A program made the position numbers and the translations under genes. A DNA stretch of 64,000 nt from an uncultured Sphingobium sp. (GTDB lineage Bacteria > Pseudomonadota > Alphaproteobacteria > Sphingomonadales > Sphingomonadaceae): NCBI GenBank assembly GCA_964250175.1, contig CAXUEQ010000003.1:7102-71101 (forward strand), given 5' to 3'. Of this stretch, positions 57,726 through 64,000 are shown one piece after another. The notes below the pieces were generated by a model, which saw only the letters and a list, made by a program, of their open reading frames with translations, searched no databases and was not told the DNA's origin. How positions within the stretch are numbered: the first letter of the stretch is position 1; every line of letters begins with the position of its first letter.

Positions 57726-58949
57726 TCAGATGGCCGAAGCATGCGGAAGGTCGGCCCCCGCACCCCGGATTGCAGCATCGGCGTCGACGTCGCGAAGCGC
57801 CCTGCCAAGATGCGGCAGGCAGAAAGGCACCGCGATAAGGCATGCAACGGCCGAAAAGATACCGATGCCGCTGAATGATCCCATATCGACGAACAATCCG
57901 CCGATCGGCGCGCCCACCGCATAGGCGAGGCGTTCGCACCCGGTGCACAGCGTCGCCAACCGGCCGGTCGAATCGAGCGCCGCCGAGGTGCCGAGCAAAA
58001 GCACGAACAGATAGATCGCAAACACCCAGAACAGGCTGGCGGTGATGGCATACATCCACAGTCCGTTGGCCAGCGAGAGCAGCAGGCACGAAGCGCCCGA
58101 CCCCGCAAAACCGATCACAAGCGCCACCCGGCGATCCATCATGCTGTTGACGAACGCCGCCGCCGCGCTGCCGAGCACACTCAGGAACACGCTGATCGAC
58201 AGGATCAGGCCGATGAGCGGCCCGCTCAGTTGGAGCGAATGCCCGATCCGTTCGGCGAACGGCCAGAGCGCCCCCATCCCCATTGACGCCAGGCTCCACA
58301 TGATCACCAGCGGAATGCGTCCGGGCAGGTCGCCATGACCGACCGGGGCAACCTTTGTCTTATCGCGCGCGAACCGCAGCCCCAGGATCAGCGGAATACT
58401 GGCCGTCAATGTGATGGCGATACCCAGAAAGACCCCGCGCACGCCGAAATAGCTGCTGGCGAACGGCAGCAGCGAGAGCACGCCCACCAGCATCAGGAGC
58501 CCGAGCGAATTGGAAATCGCATAGACCCGATCGGGCTGCGCGGAGGCGGCGGGCGCGGCCACCGTCGCCGACAGCATCAACGCATAACCGACCCCGCTGA
58601 TCGCGGCGATCAGGCACAGCAGGGCAAGATGCGCAGGCGACGCAAAGATAGCCACGTCGGCCACGGCCGCTACAGCGAGTCCGCAAAGGCAGACGCCCAG
58701 AAGCCCGTAGCGATGAACGATCCGCGAGAAGAAGATCATGCCGATGGCCATGCAGCCGACCTGAAAGAAACCGACCGTGCCGGCGGCGGTGGCGGACAGG
58801 CCATAGCCGTCGATCAGCGAACCGATCTGCAGCGGCATCGCCGACGTGCACAGATGCGCTATGACATTGCCGGCTGAAAGCGCGATGACGAAATAAAGGG
58901 CTTTGGGCGATAATGTCGCTGCTCTTGTCACCGGCCTTTCCCCGCGCAT
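57726..58949 (-). CDS. MFS transporter
   Basis: About 12 hydrophobic segments; MFS-like loops. Confidence 0.85.
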   Translation of the reverse strand: MRGERPVTRAATLSPKALYFVIALSAGNVIAHLCTSAMPLQIGSLIDGYGLSATAAGTVGFFQVGCMAIGMIFFSRIVHRYGLLGVCLCGLAVAAVADVAIFASPAHLALLCLIAAISGVGYALMLSATVAAPAASAQPDRVYAISNSLGLLMLVGVLSLLPFASSYFGVRGVFLGIAITLTASIPLILGLRFARDKTKVAPVGHGDLPGRIPLVIMWSLASMGMGALWPFAERIGHSLQLSGPLIGLILSISVFLSVLGSAAAAFVNSMMDRRVALVIGFAGSGASCLLLSLANGLWMYAITASLFWVFAIYLFVLLLGTSAALDSTGRLATLCTGCERLAYAVGAPIGGLFVDMGSFSGIGIFSAVACLIAVPFCLPHLGRALRDVDADAAIRGAGADLPHASAI

Positions 58950-59100
58950 GGCGTTCCCATGCCGTGCGGCCGGGTATCGCGCTGCTGTGATCTGGCTTTA
59001 TCGAAGGCCACCATGCTTCTCTCCCCTAAAAATGCGCTATTCTCGAAGATGCGCTATTCTGGATGGTGGAACTCTCGTCCCACCATCATGCTTTAGGCCA

Positions 59101-59493
59101 TTATTCGGAAGGACGATATGCCGTGATTTCGACCTCGATCAACGCGCCGGGGCAGAGCAGCCCGCTGAGCAGCGTCGTGCGGGTCGGAAATGGCCGGTGC
59201 AGGCGTTTGGCGAACACGGCATTATAGCCGGCGAAATCTTCGCGCCGGGCGAGCCAGCCCAGCACCTTGATGACATTGCCCAGGCCAAGGCCTTCGCGGC
59301 CCAGCAACTCCTCGACATTGTCGAACAGGACATTGGCCTGCGTGTCGATATCGTCACCCGCGATCTTGCCGTCGCGCAGTCCCAGCGTTCCCGACAGATA
59401 GACCATGCCGTTGATCTCGATCGCGGACGTCAGGGGCAGGTCCACGCCGGATGTGCTGATAAGGCCGTCGCCGAACCGCTTGAGTGCTGTCAT
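59101..59493 (-). CDS. RidA/YjgF-family protein
   Basis: VYLSG, FAGYN.V....F, PTRT, LIEVEITA. Confidence 0.9.
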   Translation of the reverse strand: MTALKRFGDGLISTSGVDLPLTSAIEINGMVYLSGTLGLRDGKIAGDDIDTQANVLFDNVEELLGREGLGLGNVIKVLGWLARREDFAGYNAVFAKRLHRPFPTRTTLLSGLLCPGALIEVEITAYRPSE

Positions 59494-59537
59494 TTTTTCT
59501 CTCCTTCAGGTGTTGATGATTTTGGATGATGACGGGT

Positions 59538-60764
59538 TCAGACCGGTTCGGCGGCCTGCGGATGGTGGATTTCCCCCCAGTCCAGCGTGACTTCGGGCAG
59601 CGCATGCCCGTTGCGGCCAAGCATTTTCAACGCATAGGTCTGCTGAAACTGCTGCGACGTCCGCTCCTGCATGTGGGAAAAGCGGCCCCCGTCAAAAGCC
59701 AGCGACGCGCGACCGCGCTGCACGCTGTGCGCAATATCCATATCCTCGTTGTTCACGCTGGTGATCCTATCGACGACCTGCTTGCGAATCTCGGCCAGCG
59801 CCGGGTTGGTGGCCGCATCGGCGCCGTTGACCAGCATGACCGCCCGTTCCAGCGTCCGACCCGGCGAGACCGGGAGCAGGATGACCGCATAGAAGAATTC
59901 GAGCAGCACACCGAACATCAGGTTCGGATACAGATAATTATTCTCGCCACTGGTCATCTGGTCCGGCCGCAGATTGGGAAAGCGGGGTAGCCGGTTCGCC
60001 GCGTCGTCTTCGAAACGCAGGCCGAGCAGCCCCTGCCCCAGATAATTGTCGCCGCCCAGAATCTGGTAATGATCCTCCATCGGATTATGGCGGTTCATCT
60101 GGGGGTGGATCCACGGCAGATGATAGCTTTCGACAAAATTCTCGACCACCACCTTCCAATTGGCGTCGACCGCCGCCGGGGCCTCGCCGCCCAGATGCAG
60201 CAGGCTCATGTCATAGGCACTGGTGCGCTCCACGATCGGGGCGATGAAATCCTCGAAACTTTCCGCATCGCCGCTCAGATTGGCGAACAGCATGCCCGCC
60301 CATTCCCCTGTGCGAACCTCGATAAGCCCCAATATATCGGGATGAATTTCATCCGCCGTGTGAACGCCTGCGCCACCGACATGCGGGGTGGTGCGCAGCC
60401 GTCCCTCCAGATCGTAGCTCCAGGAGTGATAGGGACAAACGATCCGTGCGCAGTTGCGCCGCGGCGCCTCCGCCAGGATCGCACCGCGATGTCGGCAATG
60501 GTTGAAGAATACGCGCAATTGCCCGGCCTTGTCGCGCGCCATCAGCAGATCCTGCCCGGCGATACTGACCGGATAGATGCTGGAGGGCGTCGGCACATCG
60601 TCGCTGGTTCCGATGCACATCCAGCCGCCGTGGAACAGCACGCGCATCTCTTCCTGAAAGATCGCGTCCGACGTGAAATAGTCTCCCGACAATCCGTGCT
60701 GCGCTTGAGCGACGGCCCGCAGATGATCGACCTGACCGGATGATAACATCGAATTCTCCAACAT
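59538..60764 (-). CDS. Rieske oxygenase alpha subunit (choline/betaine-type)
   Basis: CRHRG...CPYHSW Rieske motif; NWK...ENF.ESYH....H; ED mononuclear Fe ligands. Confidence 0.88.
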   Translation of the reverse strand: MLENSMLSSGQVDHLRAVAQAQHGLSGDYFTSDAIFQEEMRVLFHGGWMCIGTSDDVPTPSSIYPVSIAGQDLLMARDKAGQLRVFFNHCRHRGAILAEAPRRNCARIVCPYHSWSYDLEGRLRTTPHVGGAGVHTADEIHPDILGLIEVRTGEWAGMLFANLSGDAESFEDFIAPIVERTSAYDMSLLHLGGEAPAAVDANWKVVVENFVESYHLPWIHPQMNRHNPMEDHYQILGGDNYLGQGLLGLRFEDDAANRLPRFPNLRPDQMTSGENNYLYPNLMFGVLLEFFYAVILLPVSPGRTLERAVMLVNGADAATNPALAEIRKQVVDRITSVNNEDMDIAHSVQRGRASLAFDGGRFSHMQERTSQQFQQTYALKMLGRNGHALPEVTLDWGEIHHPQAAEPV

Positions 60765-60787
60765 AGGATCGAATGAAGATTGACGGC

Positions 60788-61855
60788 CTATATCAGGGGC
60801 GTCAGCGTGGTGATTTCGGGTGAAATACCCGGTCCGGTCGGCGCGCCGTCATCGAACGACGCAAGATAGTCGAGCGCTGTCTGACGAAAGCGCGGCAGTC
60901 CCTTATACTCCGCCAGTTCGGGCGGCAGGGCGCGCAACACCCGGTGCAGCCGCCGGCCCCATTTCGGAACGCGGACGATGTCGCCCATGCTCGCCAGATA
61001 GGCGCGGACGCCGAACAGGATCGCGTTCGACCGGGGCAGGCGAAACAATGTCTGAAGCTCGACGCGCAGATGCAGCTTGTCGCCGACATTGCCCGGCGTC
61101 ACGGTGGTGCGATCAGGACCCCAGATCGGATAATTTTCCGGCGATGTATCAAGGCGCGGATTGACCGTCATCGTCCAGTTCAGGCGGCGAACCGGCTTGC
61201 CATATTGAAGGCGCAGCAGAAACTGGAGCGCGCGGTCGAACACGCCGAGGTCGTGCGCGACGGGAACGGGTCCATGCCATTCGTGGAAGGTCATGCCGAG
61301 ATCGAATTCCAGCGACCAGTCGGCCTGCGTGGTCACCATCCCGCCGTCGATGAAAAGATTGTCCTCGCGCTGATCCTGCAGCGTGAAATCGCCCTGCGCC
61401 TGGCGGGTGATATATTCGAACGGCGCCAGCGGCAGCGTGTCCGCATCGCCGAAGACGAAGCTGTCCTCGATACCGAGCGGGCGGTTGATCCAGGTCCAGG
61501 CGTCGCCAGTGCGGCGAAGCGTGAAATCGGCAGGATAATCCTGCGCCAGGCTTTCCATGAGAAGTTCCAGCGTATCCCATTGCGCCGCCATCATATGCGG
61601 CAGAACCATGCAGCGATTGGGATCCTGCCGCAGGACGAGCGCACGTTCGCGGCATTCGGCGACATAATGCTCGTCGACATCGAATATGCTCTGGAACGCG
61701 CCGGTGGGTCCACCGCGCACATGCGGCTCGATATTCACCGAATATATGTAATCATCTTCGGGGAACGGGAACGGAAAGCGCAGGATCGCACCATCCGAAT
61801 TGGCGTAGCGAAAATCTTCGCGGAAGGATTCATCGGCTTTATATGCGATCGACAT
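60788..61855 (-). CDS. dmmC: Heme-dependent N-demethylase alpha subunit (DUF3445; DMA monooxygenase DmmC-like)
   Basis: RFPFPF, FHEWHGPVP, RRLNW, LRVELQ...RLP. Confidence 0.82.
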   Translation of the reverse strand: MSIAYKADESFREDFRYANSDGAILRFPFPFPEDDYIYSVNIEPHVRGGPTGAFQSIFDVDEHYVAECRERALVLRQDPNRCMVLPHMMAAQWDTLELLMESLAQDYPADFTLRRTGDAWTWINRPLGIEDSFVFGDADTLPLAPFEYITRQAQGDFTLQDQREDNLFIDGGMVTTQADWSLEFDLGMTFHEWHGPVPVAHDLGVFDRALQFLLRLQYGKPVRRLNWTMTVNPRLDTSPENYPIWGPDRTTVTPGNVGDKLHLRVELQTLFRLPRSNAILFGVRAYLASMGDIVRVPKWGRRLHRVLRALPPELAEYKGLPRFRQTALDYLASFDDGAPTGPGISPEITTLTPLI

Positions 61856-61866
61856 GGCCGTTCCCC

Positions 61867-62814
61867 CTAAAGATCAAGTGTCAGCGCGGGCGTCATCGCC
61901 CGCGAAACGCACGGCATGACGACGTCGCCCGCCGCCCTCTCCACATCGTTCAGATAGTGATCGCGATGCTCGAGCATTCCCGCAATCACGCGGGTCCGGC
62001 ACTGACCGCAGGCGCCGCCCCGGCACAGCGACGGCACCGGCACGCCCGCATTCTCCAGCGCTTCGAGCATGGTCTCGTGCGCGCCGACCGGCACCGTGCC
62101 GCCCGAGCGGGCGAGCGTCACCGTGAAGGGCGCACCGCCCGCGCTGCCGAAACTTTCGAGATGCACCCGGTTTCCAGGCCAGCCGAGCAGCGCTGCGCTC
62201 TGCTTTACCGCCTCCATCAGCGCGGTAGGCCCGCAGCAATAGAGATGCGTTCCCAACGGTTGGCCGGCCAGAATGTCCAGCAGCGCCCTGCCGCCGCGCC
62301 CGGCATGGACATGGATGTGATGCCCGGCATGGGGCTCGAGCAGACGCTCGAAGAGAGCCGCTTCGGCCGGTTGGGCGAACTGGTGCAACTCGTATCGCTG
62401 CTGGCGATCGCGCAGTGCCGGCAGGAAGGACAGCAGCGGCGTGATGCCGATCCCGCCGCCGATCAGCAGATGCTTGCGCGCGAGATTCCGGATCGGAAAC
62501 TGGCTGTTCGGCACCCCTGCCTCCAGAACGTCGCCGACCTTCAGCGCGTCGTGGATGAAGGCGGATCCTCCGCGCGAGCTTTCGGTCCGCCGGACAATCA
62601 GTTCATAGCGTGACCGTTCGTTGTAATGGCTGGTCACCGAGTAGGAATTGCGCAGGGCGCGGGCGGGCGTAGGGAGAAGCATCGACACATGCGCGCCGGG
62701 CAAGGAGGCAGGCAGCAGCCCGCCGTCCGCCGCTTCCAGAATGACATGTTTCAGGTTTGCCGACAGCGGCGCGACCTGACGGACGCGGAGCGCCAAAGAC
62801 CCCGGCACGGTCAT
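61867..62814 (-). CDS. dmmB: PDR/VanB-type ferredoxin reductase (DmmB-like)
   Basis: NSYS, GGS, GGIGITP, YCCGP, ESF, C..G.CG.C 2Fe-2S. Confidence 0.82.
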   Translation of the reverse strand: MTVPGSLALRVRQVAPLSANLKHVILEAADGGLLPASLPGAHVSMLLPTPARALRNSYSVTSHYNERSRYELIVRRTESSRGGSAFIHDALKVGDVLEAGVPNSQFPIRNLARKHLLIGGGIGITPLLSFLPALRDRQQRYELHQFAQPAEAALFERLLEPHAGHHIHVHAGRGGRALLDILAGQPLGTHLYCCGPTALMEAVKQSAALLGWPGNRVHLESFGSAGGAPFTVTLARSGGTVPVGAHETMLEALENAGVPVPSLCRGGACGQCRTRVIAGMLEHRDHYLNDVERAAGDVVMPCVSRAMTPALTLDL

Positions 62815-63389
62815 TGATAGAGTATTTCAAGCGGTGGCCGGTCGCCGGGCAGCTCGGCATCGACCTGCACACCCGCATATGCATTGAGGCGGCGCGAGAA
62901 ATGATCGCGGACGAACAGGCTGGCGCCGCATCCCGAACAGTCGACCAGATTGGTCGTCACGCCGACGGTGATCGTGCGACAATGATTACAGAACACCCGC
63001 CGCGCCGCACTGCCATGCGCGTAGAGGCGCAGCTCGTCGTGCGTCAGTCCAAAGTCCTGCGCGACGTTGCGCACCGTCCACAGAAATGGCTCGGCACCCG
63101 TCACATACAGACGGAATCCCATATGTTCGGCCGCAAGACGATGCCGGAGGGCGATCAGCAGATGCTGTTCCGACCGGAAACCATGATCGGCGATGGCGGT
63201 GTCGGCGGCGGGAATCGCGCGGCTGTCGCCGACGATCACCCAGCGCTCGTCGAAAGTCGCACCGGTGACGCCCGGAACGAACGCCGCAGACGGAATGTCG
63301 GCCGTTTGCGAGACCAGAAGATGGCGTCGTCCCGCCGGATCAACGGCAAGCGGCGCATAGCGAGGACGGCTTTTTATCGTGTGATTCAC
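62811..63389 (-). CDS. dmmA: Dimethylamine monooxygenase subunit DmmA-like
   Basis: IKSRPRY, RVFCNHC...CSGC...L.VRDHFSRRL; GTG start chosen. Confidence 0.8.
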   Translation of the reverse strand: MNHTIKSRPRYAPLAVDPAGRRHLLVSQTADIPSAAFVPGVTGATFDERWVIVGDSRAIPAADTAIADHGFRSEQHLLIALRHRLAAEHMGFRLYVTGAEPFLWTVRNVAQDFGLTHDELRLYAHGSAARRVFCNHCRTITVGVTTNLVDCSGCGASLFVRDHFSRRLNAYAGVQVDAELPGDRPPLEILYQ

Positions 63390-63552
63390 GGTGGACCCTG
63401 CAAGCCGAATTCTGTTGTTCGGCGTCTCCCGCACCAAGATTTTGGCGCCACAGATATTTCCCACCAAGAAACAAGTTTGTCAATGACGATAGATTCGCTA
63501 TGGGAACCGGATTGGATCCAGTTGCGGCCAATACTTCCGGAAAGGGCGTTAG

Positions 63553-64000
63553 ATGACGAATTCCTGGCGTATCTCCGCCCTCGCCGATCGCCATCGCGCG
63601 CTGGGATCGGCGCTTGAGGACTGGAACGGCATGGGGACGCCCTGGTTCTACGACCATGATCCCGCCGAGGACCATGTCGCGATTCGCACCAAGGCGGGCC
63701 TCATGGATGTTTCGGGCCTCAAGAAGCTCCATCTGATTGGACCGCACGCATCCGCGATCCTCGATCATGCGACCACGCGCAACGTTGAGAAGATCGCGCC
63801 TGGGCGATCGGCCTATTGCACTTTCCTGAGCGAGGCAGGCACGTTCGTCGACGACGGAATCCTCTATCGGACCGGTCCCAACGCCTGGCTGGTCGTGCAC
63901 GGGGGCGGCAGCGCGCACGAGTTGCTGTCTGCGGCCGTGACCGGGCGCAACGCCGCCCTGTTGTTCGACGACGACCTGCACGATATTTCGTTGCAGGGAC
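63553..64000 (+). CDS. dmmD: GcvT-like aminomethyltransferase (DmmD-like), truncated by window end
   Basis: MTNSWRISALADRHRALG...WNGMGT...AIRTKAGLMDVSGL...FVDDGILYR; not in the ORF track. Confidence 0.8.
   Translation, partial: MTNSWRISALADRHRALGSALEDWNGMGTPWFYDHDPAEDHVAIRTKAGLMDVSGLKKLHLIGPHASAILDHATTRNVEKIAPGRSAYCTFLSEAGTFVDDGILYRTGPNAWLVVHGGGSAHELLSAAVTGRNAALLFDDDLHDISLQG

Noticed and set aside
63340-63981. 213-aa minus-strand ORF at the window end
   Set aside because: Antisense shadow of the dmmD-like gene starting at 63553.

Overview
GC-rich alphaproteobacterial chromosome, most likely Sphingomonadaceae (inferred from TonB receptors, gene order and interspersed palindromes). Left arm (0.1-11.3 kb): membrane protein, acvB/virJ-mprF-acvB/virJ lipid-lysylation locus, rluE, a RoxA-like hydroxylase, an esterase and a TonB receptor. 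Centre (about 11.62-39.63 kb): a ~28 kb element integrated at the 3' end of tRNA-Phe(GAA), bounded by a duplicated tRNA 3' end and TGGCCCCCA arm repeats. It has a satellite-type core (P4-like integrase, excisionase, Toprim primase, AAA_25 helicase with iteron-like repeats, TerS-like protein) and no recognisable capsid, portal, large terminase, tail or lysis genes. It nevertheless carries an intact, translationally coupled P22-like DNA-ejection cassette (gp14/gp7/gp20/gp16-like) headed by a small RHH gene. This apparent ejection-protein-encoding satellite is the most striking signal. Its cargo includes a TIGR04255-like + HTH + PemK/MazF-like triad, a cytoplasmic trypsin-like protease pair and many small exported proteins. 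Right arm: yacG, RNase G-like, maf, infA, bioADF, MTase-Mrr fusion, hppA, thiL, nusB, hisD, hisG, then a methylated-amine catabolic cluster (TonB receptor, DadA-like, SnoaL, MFS, RidA, Rieske oxygenase, dmmCBA and a truncated dmmD). All family calls come from motif recognition by eye; no database searches were run.
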